This document shows, piece by piece, positions 1-10,835 of a stretch of DNA of 64,000 nucleotides. The notes beneath the pieces were generated by a model. That model was given only the letters and a program-made list of their open reading frames with translations. It had not been told where the DNA came from and did no database searches. Source of the DNA: Longimicrobiales bacterium. GTDB taxonomy: Bacteria > Gemmatimonadota > Gemmatimonadetes > Longimicrobiales > Gaopeijiaceae. Numbering within the stretch: position 1 is the stretch's first letter; each line of letters opens with the position of its first letter. A program made the position numbers and the translations under genes. The stretch spans positions 416,001 through 480,000 of the forward strand of contig CBDCNQ010000003.1 of assembly GCA_965219445.1 (NCBI GenBank), in the 5' to 3' direction.

Positions 1-518
1 TTCCACACATCCGCGGTGGACCATCGTGTAAGCCAGCGCTCTACCAACCAGCGGGGATGCGAACCCCATGTGGACAAGAACTCAACAGGATGGGTTTCGG
101 GGTCGGGGAAGTGCTCCGGGCCACCGCCGTCCCTCGCAATGCCTCGCAATACAGCGTTCGCGAATCCGGCAACGCCCCGTCCGCCTTTGGACTGGACGAG
201 ATCGACCGCCTGGGATACCGCCGCATACTCGGGCACCCCGCCCATATAAAGAATCTCGTATAGGCCGATCCGAAGTGCGTCCTGTACGGCAGCTTCTACG
301 CTTTCGAGACCCCGCTTTACTCTCCGATCGAGCAGGTAATCCAGCCGGCCTCGAAGCCGCTGAATGCCGAACACCAACTCTCGGCACCATGCGCGATCAC
401 GGGCGTCGAGTGAATGAGTAGCGGCCGCGAAGGCCCGGTCGAGCCTCCGACCCCGGGCGACCGCCGCGAGAATATCCGAAGCGGCGAGGCGGCCCTCCGT
501 GGCGGACGCCGTGCTCAG
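1..518 (-). CDS. rsmB: 16S rRNA m5C967 methyltransferase RsmB/Sun, N-terminal NusB-like part (truncated by window edge; not in ORF track)
   Basis: Manual translation from CTG at 518: LSTASATEGRLAASDILAAVARGRRLDRAF...RELVFGIQRLRGRLDYLL...DALRIGLYEILYMGGVPEYAAVSQAV...GFANAVLR...SHPRWLVERW. Frame is open to the edge; lies downstream of def-fmt. Confidence 0.9.
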   Translation of the reverse strand, partial: MSTASATEGRLAASDILAAVARGRRLDRAFAAATHSLDARDRAWCRELVFGIQRLRGRLDYLLDRRVKRGLESVEAAVQDALRIGLYEILYMGGVPEYAAVSQAVDLVQSKGGRGVAGFANAVLRGIARDGGGPEHFPDPETHPVEFLSTWGSHPRWLVERWLTRWSTADVW

Positions 519-1333
519 TCCAACATCCCTCGTGTGGGCGACGATGGAATCCCGATCTCCCGTGCCTCCATGCGGCCGGCCAAGTACGCGAGCCGCCCGG
601 ATTGGATCGCAAGCCGCATCGCGTGCGCCATCGCCACCGGATCGCTAGCGCTCGCAATGGCCGTGTTCATGAGCACGCCGTCCACACCCTGTTCCATCGC
701 CACACACGCATCGGAGGCTGTCCCGACCCCCGCGTCTACAATGATCGGAACGTCACACCGCCGCTTGATCTCCCGGATAAAGTACGGGTTGACGATCCCG
801 AGCCCACTGCCGATCGGGCTCGCGAGCGGCATGACCGCAACACAGCCGGCATCCTCCAGACGGAGGGCGGTGACGAGATCATCATTCGTGTAAGCCATCA
901 CCTTGAAGCCCCCTGCCACCAGCGTCTCCGCGGCTTCAAAAGTGGCCTGCGTGTCGGGTACGAGCGTAGTCTCGTCGCCAATGACCTCGAGCTTGAGCCA
1001 CTCGTTGAAGCCTGCGGCGCGGGCCAGGCGAGCGTAGCGGATCGCGTCTTCGGCCGTGTAGCACCCGGCGGTATTGGGAAGTAGAAAGAACTCCTCGGGG
1101 TCCAGGTGGAAGAGGATGCCCTCGCTCTGGGTGCGGTCCAAGTCGACCCTGCGCACCGCCACTGTGACCATCGCCGTGCCGGAAGCCCGGATCGCCTGCA
1201 CCATCGTCTCGTTATCGGGATACTTACCCGTACCGACAATGAGGCGAGACTCGAACTCCTGATCGGCGATCCGCAGAGGTTCGGTAAGGGCCCCGTCGAC
1301 AGCCTCACCAATGGCCACTTCGCTACCTCCCAT
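515..1333 (-). CDS. thiG: thiazole synthase
   Basis: SRLIVGTGKY, LPNTAGC, WLKLEVIGD, VMPLASPIGSGLG and DAGVG motifs; ATG at 1333 just after thiS stop. Confidence 0.97.
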   Translation of the reverse strand: MGGSEVAIGEAVDGALTEPLRIADQEFESRLIVGTGKYPDNETMVQAIRASGTAMVTVAVRRVDLDRTQSEGILFHLDPEEFFLLPNTAGCYTAEDAIRYARLARAAGFNEWLKLEVIGDETTLVPDTQATFEAAETLVAGGFKVMAYTNDDLVTALRLEDAGCVAVMPLASPIGSGLGIVNPYFIREIKRRCDVPIIVDAGVGTASDACVAMEQGVDGVLMNTAIASASDPVAMAHAMRLAIQSGRLAYLAGRMEAREIGIPSSPTRGMLD

Positions 1334-1334
1334 A

Positions 1335-1553
1335 TCAGCCTCCTCCAACGAAGTGGACCAACTCGACAGTGTCTCCCTCGGAGACCTGAACGTCCTCGAA
1401 CTGGTCGCGGCTGAGAATCTCCCGATTGAGCTCGACCACGATAAGCTGGGGGTTGAGGTCGAAGGATTCCACGAGTTGATGGACCGAGAGCCCAGGCTGG
1501 ACCTCCCGCTCCTTCCCGTTCACATGTACCTGAATGCTTCCTGGATCACTCAT
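1335..1553 (-). CDS. thiS: sulfur carrier protein ThiS
   Basis: 72 aa ubiquitin-like protein ending VELVHFVGGG; adjacent to thiG. Confidence 0.95.
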   Translation of the reverse strand: MSDPGSIQVHVNGKEREVQPGLSVHQLVESFDLNPQLIVVELNREILSRDQFEDVQVSEGDTVELVHFVGGG

Positions 1554-1555
1554 TA

Positions 1556-1855
1556 GAAGGCTGTTGAAGAAGTACAGTCCGCGTTGGGGATGCCACGGCC
1601 CCAGACCCTAGGCGGAGCGACGACGCCATAGCCGTAGCTACGGCTAGGAGCTCCAACAACGGGGATGGGGCCGTGCCACCCCAACCCTTCAACTCGTAAG
1701 CTTATGTCAAAGATGGTGGTGGGCACAGGGCGGTTGTGCGGTTGATCCTGCGTCTCTCCTCCTCGCCGTAGCGTTGCTACGCCTCGTCGTCGTTCCTTGT
1801 CTGAACGCGCACAAGCGCCCTGTGCGCGACCCGCTGTACTCCTTCAACAGCCTCC
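1556..1855. mobile_element. 300-bp non-autonomous MITE-like element with 22-bp terminal inverted repeats, TA flanks and two internal hairpins
   Basis: GAAGGCTGTTGAAGAAGTACAG (1556-1577) vs CTGTACTCCTTCAACAGCCTCC (1834-1855), 20/22 complementary; TA at 1554-55 and 1856-57; internal stems TTGGGGATGCCACGGCCCCA/TGGGGCCGTGCCACCCCAA and GCACAGGGCGGTTGTGCG/CGCACAAGCGCCCTGTGC. Confidence 0.8.
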
Positions 1856-2533
1856 TAGATTGCTCGTATCTCCTGAAACGCCCGCCTCCACGACATCAAG
1901 ATAAGCCTGGAGGGCGTCCGGCGGAGAGGGGGCGTCCCAGACGCCTCTGATGACGGCCACCCCGTGTCCGCCGGAGGCGAGCACCCCGACCGCCCGCTCC
2001 GGGGTCACGCCACCAATTCCGACCAGGGGGAGATCGACTCGCGACGCCACCAAGCCAATGAACTCGGGTCCCCTGGCGGCCGCGTCAGGGTGCGAGGGCG
2101 TCTCGAACAGCGTGCCCACGAACAGATAGTCCGCTCCCGAATCGGCCGCCTCCACCGCCTCACTCTCGCTGTGCACCGACACGCCCAGGAGCCGATTCGC
2201 CCCCAAGAGACGTCGTGCCTCGGCCGGCGGCAGGGAGCGCGTGCCCAGGTGGACACCCGCCGCGCCAACAGCAAGGGCCACGTCCAGACGATCGTTCACG
2301 AGAAGCAGAACTCCGGAGGCGGCGGCACGCTCATACAGCATCCGTGCCAACCGCGTGAGCCTTCGACCCGTGGTGCGAGGCCCCCGGATATGGAGCGCCA
2401 CCGAGGCACCCACCTCATCCTGATCTACCGGATCGCGCGTTTCAAACACTTCGCACACCTCGCCAACGAGGGTCTCGAAATCGGGCCGGGCGAGGATCTC
2501 GTCGTCGGTGACGAGGTGTAACTTCGGGATCAC
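1844..2533 (-). CDS. thiE: thiamine-phosphate synthase
   Basis: LHLVTD, LLVNDRLDVA, GVHLG, LGVSVHS, FETPSHP and VGIGGV motifs; GTG start overlaps fmt stop (GTGA); last codons lie in the MITE end. Confidence 0.9.
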   Translation of the reverse strand: MIPKLHLVTDDEILARPDFETLVGEVCEVFETRDPVDQDEVGASVALHIRGPRTTGRRLTRLARMLYERAAASGVLLLVNDRLDVALAVGAAGVHLGTRSLPPAEARRLLGANRLLGVSVHSESEAVEAADSGADYLFVGTLFETPSHPDAAARGPEFIGLVASRVDLPLVGIGGVTPERAVGVLASGGHGVAVIRGVWDAPSPPDALQAYLDVVEAGVSGDTSNLGGC

Positions 2534-3465
2534 TCGAATCGTTGGCCGGCAGTCGCGCCGCGCCCCAGAATCCACGGGCCCGCGCCCATCCGTCGCTTCC
2601 CCGGTGGTTGGACCTCCCGTATGTGTACGGCTCCCTCAGCGGCGGCCACCAGCAGTCCCGCATCCCGGTCGGCCTCCACGATGGTTCCGGGCCGAGCTTC
2701 TGGGATGACCTCCGGGTTCGCCTCTGGCCGGAAGAGCTTGACCGGTTCGCTTTCGAGCTCGGTCCATGCACCCGGAACAGCGTCCATCCCTCGAATAAAG
2801 TTGCTCACGGCCATCGAATCGCCGGCCCAGTCGATTCGGGCCGTGGTGCGATCGACTTTGGGTGCATAGGTCGCCTGCGACTCGTCCTGTTCCCTCTCCT
2901 CTATAACGCCCGCCTCCAAGAGCACGAGCGCCTCTACGAGGGCTTCGGCCCCGATCTCGGACAGTCGCATGCTGAGGTCGCTAGCCGTTTCTTCAGGGCC
3001 GATCGGCTCCTCTGCCTGAAAGAGGATCGGCCCGGCGTCCATCTGCTCGACGATCCGCATGACCGTGACACCGGTGACCGTGTCTCCCCGGACAATGGAC
3101 CAGTTGACGGGCGCCGCCCCGCGCAGCGCCGGGAGAAGTGATGCGTGCAAATTCAGTGAGCCCATTGGGGGGACCTCCAGGACTTCGCCCGGCAGGATCT
3201 GCCCGTACGCCACGACGACGGACACGTCCGCCCCGAGACCAGCGATTTCCTCGACAAAGCCATCACCGCGTGCGGAATCGGGCTCCAGGATTCTGAAGCT
3301 CTCGTCGAGAGCCTCATCCTTGACCGCCGACGCCCGAGGCTCTCTGCCCCTCCCAGCGGGACGATCCGGCCGGGTCACGACGCCCACGACGTCGTGCCCC
3401 TCCTCCCCGAGCGCCCGGAGAGAGGGGACAGCAAACTTCGGCGTTCCCCAGAAGAGGATCTTCAC
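2530..3465 (-). CDS. fmt: methionyl-tRNA formyltransferase
   Basis: FWGTPKFA, VVTRPDRPAGRG, NLHASLLPALRGAAP and MDAGP motifs; GTG overlaps def stop. Confidence 0.97.
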   Translation of the reverse strand: MKILFWGTPKFAVPSLRALGEEGHDVVGVVTRPDRPAGRGREPRASAVKDEALDESFRILEPDSARGDGFVEEIAGLGADVSVVVAYGQILPGEVLEVPPMGSLNLHASLLPALRGAAPVNWSIVRGDTVTGVTVMRIVEQMDAGPILFQAEEPIGPEETASDLSMRLSEIGAEALVEALVLLEAGVIEEREQDESQATYAPKVDRTTARIDWAGDSMAVSNFIRGMDAVPGAWTELESEPVKLFRPEANPEVIPEARPGTIVEADRDAGLLVAAAEGAVHIREVQPPGKRRMGAGPWILGRGATAGQRFE

Positions 3466-3983
3466 CCCTTCGCCCCCTCCTGCTGGCTTTTCTTCCACTT
3501 TTTGAGCAACGCGCGGCGCTTGAACGGACTCAGCCGGTCGATGAAAAGAATGCCGTCCAGGTGGTCGATCTCGTGCTGGAGTGCCCGGGCCAACAATCCT
3601 TCCGCCTCGACCTGAATGGCCTGTCCCTCAGCGTCGAAGCCGCGGACCGTGACCCGGGCCGAACGCGTGACCACGTCCTCCATCTCGGGGATGCTCAGGC
3701 ACCCCTCGAGCTGCTTGTCCTCTTCGTCGCTCGACTCGACTAGCACCGGATTGACGAAGACCCAGCGCCCACCCTCGGGGTCGTCCTCATCCCGCAGGTC
3801 GAGCACGCACACACGCTGGGAGACACCGATCTGGGGGGCCGCCAGGCCGATCCCCTCAGCGAAGTACATCGTCTCGAGCATGTCCGCGACCAGCCCGCGG
3901 AGTTCATCGTCGAACGCCTCCACCTCCACACCTGGTTCGCGGAGGACTTCTTCGCCGAGCAGCGCGATCCTGCGAACCGCCAT
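3462..3983 (-). CDS. def: peptide deformylase
   Basis: GIGLAAPQIG, EGCLS and QHEIDHLDG motifs. Confidence 0.98.
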   Translation of the reverse strand: MAVRRIALLGEEVLREPGVEVEAFDDELRGLVADMLETMYFAEGIGLAAPQIGVSQRVCVLDLRDEDDPEGGRWVFVNPVLVESSDEEDKQLEGCLSIPEMEDVVTRSARVTVRGFDAEGQAIQVEAEGLLARALQHEIDHLDGILFIDRLSPFKRRALLKKWKKSQQEGAKG

Positions 3984-3992
3984 TCTTACTCC

Positions 3993-4325
3993 TTACTTCG
4001 CTGCAGCGTTCGGCCGGTCCTCCGAAACCTTGTGGGAGATTCGGCTCCGCTCGATGGTGATCCTCGTCTCGCCGCCGGTCTTGATGATCAGGCGGTCTTC
4101 GTCCGCCCGAATCACAGTGCCGATGATCCCGCCACTAGTGACGACTTCATCACCCTTGCCGATCGCCGCGATCATTTGCTTCTGACGGTCCCGCTCCTTG
4201 CGCTGCGGACGAATGAGCAAGAAGTAAAAGATGAGGACCACGGCAGTCATGTTCAGGAAAAACACGAACGTGCCATTCGCCCCCTGCCGGGGGGCCATCA
4301 GAACTGCCAATAGAGCTTCAGCCAA
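3993..4325 (-). CDS. yajC: preprotein translocase subunit YajC
   Basis: TM helix, then FYFLLIRPQRK...GDEVVTSGGIIG; follows tgt. Confidence 0.95.
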   Translation of the reverse strand: MAEALLAVLMAPRQGANGTFVFFLNMTAVVLIFYFLLIRPQRKERDRQKQMIAAIGKGDEVVTSGGIIGTVIRADEDRLIIKTGGETRITIERSRISHKVSEDRPNAAAK

Positions 4326-4349
4326 AACCGATCTCCGCTTTGTGTTGCA

Positions 4350-5510
<1,161 letters not shown>

Positions 5511-5734
5511 TCAAGGGCCAGAGGTTTCGTGAAGCGTACTCGAGCGCTATTCCTTCCGCAGACCCGACTGGTTTGCTCCAGTGAGCGCACCGTATGATAC
5601 TTCTGCGGCCCTCTCAGGCACATGTAGCGGATATGGAAGAACACCGTTACGGACAACCACCGGAAGGGCAGATTGAGGATGAAGCTCGGAAGATGACGCT
5701 CGAGACAGGACAGACGCACGGCCGGCCTATAGGC

Positions 5735-6652
5735 ATGAGCGTGGCCTTGATGGTCTGTCTGATCCTAACCGCACGACCGGCGCAGGCGTTGATCGCAGCG
5801 CAGCTACCCGGACCCACCCCGGACACGCTCGGCGTCCTCGTCTCCGTAGACTGGCTCGCCGAGCACCTCCCGGATTCCTCGATCGTTCTGCTTCATGTCG
5901 GTATGCCCACCGCGCGGGCCTCCGGCGAGTTTATCCCAGGCGCCCGGTTCCTGAATTATCAAGAGATCGTGCAAGTTCGAGATAGTCTGATTGTGGAGAT
6001 GCCCCCGATCGACGAGTTGATCGAACCGTTTGACGTGGCGGGGGTCTCGGACGGAACGCTGGTCATACTCTACGGCTCTCCGGCACACCTTCCTGCGCGC
6101 GCATATGTGACACTCGACTATCTCGGTCACGGCGCACGCGCTGCGGTGTTGGACGGCGGCCTGGAGGCATGGAAGGCGGCCGAGCATCCGGTCGAAGCGA
6201 TCCCGGCGCAGGGCCCGCGCGGTCTGCTTACCCCTCTCGTCCGGGACGATGTGCTGGTCTCGGCTGAATGGATCGAGGAGCGGTTGTACGACCCCGCCGT
6301 TGCACTCATCGACTCACGGCCTGTAGGTGAGTACACCGGAAATGTCCCGACTCGGATTGGAGGACGGGCGGGTCACATCCCCGGCGCTGGCAATCTCTAC
6401 TGGGAAGATCTCCTCGTGGCTTCAGAGAATCCGGTTCTACGTGATTTCACTGACATTCGGCTCCAATTCCTGGGAGCCGGCGCGGACTACGGAGAGACTG
6501 TGGTCAGTTACTGCTGGGTAGGAATGCGGGCCAGTTATATCTACCTCATCGCCAAACATCTCGGGTATGACACGCGGCTCTACGACGGCTCCTGGAACGA
6601 GTGGAGCAAGAATGATTCGCTGCCGGCCGTGATCGGGTCATTCCCTGGGTAG
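5735..6652 (+). CDS. two-domain rhodanese/sulfurtransferase with N-terminal signal-like peptide
   Basis: LVSVDWL, LDGGLEAW, GHIPGA, active-site YCWVGMRAS and YDGSWNEWS; start uncertain (ORF open from 5594). Confidence 0.88.
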   Translation: MSVALMVCLILTARPAQALIAAQLPGPTPDTLGVLVSVDWLAEHLPDSSIVLLHVGMPTARASGEFIPGARFLNYQEIVQVRDSLIVEMPPIDELIEPFDVAGVSDGTLVILYGSPAHLPARAYVTLDYLGHGARAAVLDGGLEAWKAAEHPVEAIPAQGPRGLLTPLVRDDVLVSAEWIEERLYDPAVALIDSRPVGEYTGNVPTRIGGRAGHIPGAGNLYWEDLLVASENPVLRDFTDIRLQFLGAGADYGETVVSYCWVGMRASYIYLIAKHLGYDTRLYDGSWNEWSKNDSLPAVIGSFPG

Positions 6653-6707
6653 GCCCCTCGCCACCCGAAGATTCTTGCGAACCTGCAGCGATCCTGATGA
6701 ATTGTTG

Positions 6708-9542
6708 ATGATGCGTATTCTCGGTTCGGGCCCATCCTCCCGAGCGACGAAGCCGGCGGTATATCGCACTCTCGCCCGCTGCTGCGCCACTGTGGCGGGC
6801 AGCCTGCTGCTGTGGGCCTCATCTGTCTCCGCTCAGGAGGCGGACCGGCTCGTTTCCGAATCGAACCGCGTGCTCCTCCCGCACTCCGAAGCCCCCACGG
6901 TCCGTGCGGTCCGGGTCTCCTCGAGCATCCAGATCGATGGAATGCCCGATGAGGCGGCCTGGGCTGCGGCGATACCCATAACGGTCTTCACTCAGATCGA
7001 CCCGGACGAAGGCGAGCCTGTCAGCCAGCCGACAGAGGTTCGTTTTCTCTTCGACGATGACGCCCTCTACATCGGAGGACGACTCTACGACTCCGGCTCC
7101 ATCATGACCCGCTTGGCGCGTCGGGACGCCCCCGTCTTTGACTCGGACCTCTTCACGGTTCTCATCGACAGCTACCACGACCATCAGACCTCATACCGCT
7201 TCACCACCAACCCGTCGGGGTTGAAGCGGGACGCAATCGTGACGAGCGGCAGAGGTTTTGGCGGTTCTGGTCGTGGCGGTGGTGCCGTCGTCGGGGATCC
7301 CTCCTGGGACCCAATATGGGACGTGGCCTCGGTGATCACGGATGAGGGATGGTTCAGCGAGATGCGCATCCCCTTCAGTCAGCTTCGGTTCAGCCCCGGG
7401 GACGAGATGCGCTGGGGCATTCAGGTGCAACGGAACATTCGTCGCGTCCAAGAGAGGGCGGTCTTTTCCTTCACCCCCAAACTGGAGCCGGGCGGCGTCG
7501 CGCGGTACGGCCACCTCACGGGGCTCCGCGGAATCGGTGCGGGGAGGAAGCTGGAGGTGCTTCCCTACGTCGGAATGAGCGCGGAGTACATTTTTCAGGA
7601 ACCCAGCTCGAATGTGGCGTTCGACAATCCCTATCGGTCAGGCTCCGACTATTTCGGTCGTGCCGGCGTGGATCTCAAGTACCTCCTCGGCTCGAACCTA
7701 ACGCTGGACGCCGCGGTGAACCCGGACTTCGGGCAGGTCGAAGTGGACCCGGCCGTCATCAACCTGACCGCCTTCGAGACGCGCTTCGAGGAGCGACGTC
7801 CGTTCTTCGTGGAGGGAGCCGAGATCTTCACGTACGGCCGGGGCGGCCCCGGGGGCAGCACGGGACGGCCACCGGAGGTCCTGTACTCGCGGCGCATCGG
7901 CCGTAGGCCGCAGGGCGACGTCTCAGCGGACGCCGTGTATGACGATTCACCCGTGTCCACCACGATTCTTGGTGCCGCGAAGATCACGGGTAGGGTAGGA
8001 GACGGTTGGTCGGTCGGTTTCCTCGACGCGGTGACGGGCCAGGAGTACGCTCCGTATGTTGACGCAGCCCAAGTGGACGGGCGGAGCGTCCTGGAGCCCG
8101 CCACGAACTACCTCGCTGGGAGAGTACGCAGAGATACGCGCGCGGGGGAGACGCAGTTCGGCATGATTGCGACCGCGGTGCACCGCGACCTCGAAGACCA
8201 GGGGCTCGTCGGCCAGCTTCGCTCGGCGGCGTACGTCACAGGGGTCGATCTCGTACACGAGTGGGCCAACCGGGGCTGGAAGGTCAGCAGCGCCTTGGCG
8301 TCCAGTTACATTCAGGGAGACGCCGCTGCGATCCTAAGTGCCCAGGAGTCTTCGGCCCGATACCTGCAACGGCCGGACGCAACGCACCTGAGTGTCGACC
8401 CGACCGCCACCTCCATGGGTGGATTGTATGCCATGGGGGGACTCAACAAGCAGGCCGGCTCGTTTACGGCCAGAATCGAGACGGCCTATCTGAGCCCGGG
8501 CTACGAGGTGAACGACCTCGGATTTCAGACCGAGACCGAACGGATCATTCTGAATACCCATTTTCAGTGGACTCAGCCCCGACCCGGCAGCTACTTCCGG
8601 AACTGGAGCGTGAGTGGTGGTCCCGACTACAAATGGAACACCGGCGGCGACCAGGTCTTCAGTGGTACCAATCTCCAGTTCAATTGGCGTTGGCTGAATT
8701 ACTGGAGTGGAGGGGTGCGCGGGGATTACCACCCGGCGACGCACGACGACCGCCTCACGAGGGGAGGGCCGATGGCTCGGAGGCCCGGTTCAGTATCGTG
8801 GAGGGCGAGTCTCAACTCGGATTCCCGCAAGGCGTTGAGGGTCCGGACGCGTTATGACGGGTCGAGCGACGCCGCGGGTGCCTGGGAGCACCGTGGATCG
8901 ATCGACTTCACGTACAGGTCCGGAGAGAAGCTGGAGCTACGGCTCGGCCCCTCATTGACGCGCAGTTTTACGCAGGCGCAGTACGTCACGTCGGCGAACG
9001 ATCCCCTGGCCACAAGCACGTTCGGAGAGCGCTACGTCTTCGCGCCCCTCGATCAAACCACGGTCGCGTTGGAGACCCGCATGAACGTCACGTTCTCACC
9101 GACGCTGTCCCTGCAGGTATACGTACAGCCGCTCATCTCCAGCGGTGACTATGGGGATCTGGCGGAGTTACGTGCGCCCGACACGTATAGATTCTCGACG
9201 TTCGGTGAGGACATCGGCACCAGTGTCCGCCAGGCCGACGGGAACTACCTGATCGACCCGGACGGTCCGGGCGCGGCCCCCGAGTTCAAGGTCAGCGACC
9301 GGAGTTTCAACTTCAGAAGTCTTCTCGGAAACGCCGTCCTGCGCTGGGAGTGGAGCCCGGGCTCAACGCTCTTCCTGGTCTGGCAACAGAGCCGGGCGAG
9401 CAGGGTCCTGGCATCCGACTTCGACGAGACCGGCGCCCTCGACGTCGGGCTCTTCGACCTCGGCTACGACACCCAGGAGCTTTTCGGGCTCCCCACCGAC
9501 GACATCTTCCTGATCAAGGTGAATTACTGGCTGAACCTGTAG
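6708..9542 (+). CDS. DUF5916-type outer-membrane protein with N-terminal CBM9/DOMON-like domain
   Basis: Signal peptide; IDGMPDEAAW, WDPIW, EMRIPFSQLRF, NPDFGQVEVD, ERRPFFVEG; C-terminal FLIKVNYW beta-strand. Start approximate. Confidence 0.82.
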   Translation: MMRILGSGPSSRATKPAVYRTLARCCATVAGSLLLWASSVSAQEADRLVSESNRVLLPHSEAPTVRAVRVSSSIQIDGMPDEAAWAAAIPITVFTQIDPDEGEPVSQPTEVRFLFDDDALYIGGRLYDSGSIMTRLARRDAPVFDSDLFTVLIDSYHDHQTSYRFTTNPSGLKRDAIVTSGRGFGGSGRGGGAVVGDPSWDPIWDVASVITDEGWFSEMRIPFSQLRFSPGDEMRWGIQVQRNIRRVQERAVFSFTPKLEPGGVARYGHLTGLRGIGAGRKLEVLPYVGMSAEYIFQEPSSNVAFDNPYRSGSDYFGRAGVDLKYLLGSNLTLDAAVNPDFGQVEVDPAVINLTAFETRFEERRPFFVEGAEIFTYGRGGPGGSTGRPPEVLYSRRIGRRPQGDVSADAVYDDSPVSTTILGAAKITGRVGDGWSVGFLDAVTGQEYAPYVDAAQVDGRSVLEPATNYLAGRVRRDTRAGETQFGMIATAVHRDLEDQGLVGQLRSAAYVTGVDLVHEWANRGWKVSSALASSYIQGDAAAILSAQESSARYLQRPDATHLSVDPTATSMGGLYAMGGLNKQAGSFTARIETAYLSPGYEVNDLGFQTETERIILNTHFQWTQPRPGSYFRNWSVSGGPDYKWNTGGDQVFSGTNLQFNWRWLNYWSGGVRGDYHPATHDDRLTRGGPMARRPGSVSWRASLNSDSRKALRVRTRYDGSSDAAGAWEHRGSIDFTYRSGEKLELRLGPSLTRSFTQAQYVTSANDPLATSTFGERYVFAPLDQTTVALETRMNVTFSPTLSLQVYVQPLISSGDYGDLAELRAPDTYRFSTFGEDIGTSVRQADGNYLIDPDGPGAAPEFKVSDRSFNFRSLLGNAVLRWEWSPGSTLFLVWQQSRASRVLASDFDETGALDVGLFDLGYDTQELFGLPTDDIFLIKVNYWLNL

Positions 9543-9651
9543 GAGCAGCACAGGGCACATGGGACCCTCATCGTATTTTCGTGGCATTCCTCACGAGCCC
9601 TTCACAATATTTGGAAGGATCGCAGGTTGTCTTCGCTCGGGAGGTAATACG

Positions 9652-10038
9652 ATGGCCCGAAAAACAAGAATCGCAATGACCCTAGCTGTGACATGCTTCA
9701 CAGGAGGCTGTGTGGTCGCCGCCGTGGGGGGTGGGGCACTAGCAGGAATACACGTGACCTCCCAGGGTGCCGAGGCGGACGTAGAGTCCAATATCCAGGG
9801 TACCGAAGGGCGAGTTCGGGCCGCCTTCCGGAGGCTGGACATCGACATGACCGGTGAGGCTTCCGAAGACTCCGGCAGAGAACGTGAGTTCAGGGGATCG
9901 GTTGACGACCTGGAGATCACCGTGTCGCTGGAAGCGCGTGACCACGGTACGCACATCGAAGCCTCAGCCCGGCGGAACCTCGCCTCCTGGGATCGGGAGT
10001 ACGCAGAACGGCTGGTGGCGCGAATCGTCGGAGGGTGA
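9652..10038 (+). CDS. DUF3568-like lipoprotein
   Basis: GGAGG SD; lipobox-like FTGGC followed by VVAAVGGGALAG glycine zipper. Confidence 0.7.
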   Translation: MARKTRIAMTLAVTCFTGGCVVAAVGGGALAGIHVTSQGAEADVESNIQGTEGRVRAAFRRLDIDMTGEASEDSGREREFRGSVDDLEITVSLEARDHGTHIEASARRNLASWDREYAERLVARIVGG

Positions 10039-10089
10039 CACGGGTCGCACCCACGTCAGCGGCCCCAAGGGACCACTTACTCCTTCTTT

Positions 10090-10749
10090 TTACTCCCTCT
10101 TTGTGAACACCACGAAGAACTTGTCTTCGAAGAGGTCGAACTCCTGCGTCATATCGAACCCGGCGACCCCCATCCAGTCCCTCAGCTGCCGTAGTGTGAT
10201 CAGCAACTCAGGCTGATCTGAGTGGGGTGCCCCTGGCCGATCTCCATGGTAGTCGACGACCACAATGCGGCTGCCGGGCGCCATATACCTCGCCGTCAGC
10301 TGGAGGTAGGCCTGTCGCCCCTCGATGTGATGAATGACATCGTGGAAGAAGGCCACATCCATGTCCCGTCGGGGCAGCTTCGGGTCTTCGAACTCGCCCA
10401 GAACGGTCTTGATGTTCCCTACCCCACCGTCCACGGCCTTCTGCTCGATCATGGGCAGGAAGCCCGGGTCGATCTCCATCGCGAAAACCGTGCCCGTCGG
10501 CCCCACAGCTCGTGCGAGCGACACGGAGAACACACCGGTGCCCGCACCCATGTCCGCAACCAACTCACCCGGACGGAGTCCGATCCGGGAAACGACCTCA
10601 TCGATCTCGAGGCGTTCGAGCCTTTGTCCGCTCTCCAGCGTGAGAGCCCACTCTTCCGCGGGACGCCCGCCCAGTTGGAGGGCCGACAGCGGCGCCAGCG
10701 GCGCGACGACTGCCAGTAGGCCTAGCAACGCTAAAAGCCTGAACCCCAC
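10090..10749 (-). CDS. class I SAM-dependent methyltransferase with signal peptide
   Basis: Motif I VADMGAGTG, FAMEID, DVIHHI; hydrophobic N-terminus. Confidence 0.85.
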   Translation of the reverse strand: MGFRLLALLGLLAVVAPLAPLSALQLGGRPAEEWALTLESGQRLERLEIDEVVSRIGLRPGELVADMGAGTGVFSVSLARAVGPTGTVFAMEIDPGFLPMIEQKAVDGGVGNIKTVLGEFEDPKLPRRDMDVAFFHDVIHHIEGRQAYLQLTARYMAPGSRIVVVDYHGDRPGAPHSDQPELLITLRQLRDWMGVAGFDMTQEFDLFEDKFFVVFTKRE

Positions 10750-10835
10750 GGAACTACCTCCTGTCTGCGGTCGATCTACAAACCAGCGGCCTTTGCTTCA
10801 GCACAAATCGGGCTGAGCCGCGCTCGAGAACCGTC

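Noticed and set aside
1554..1843. TPP riboswitch in the structured gap within the thi genes
   Set aside because: No CUGAGA/ACCUGA core on the coding strand; TIRs and dispersed copies of the ends fit a MITE
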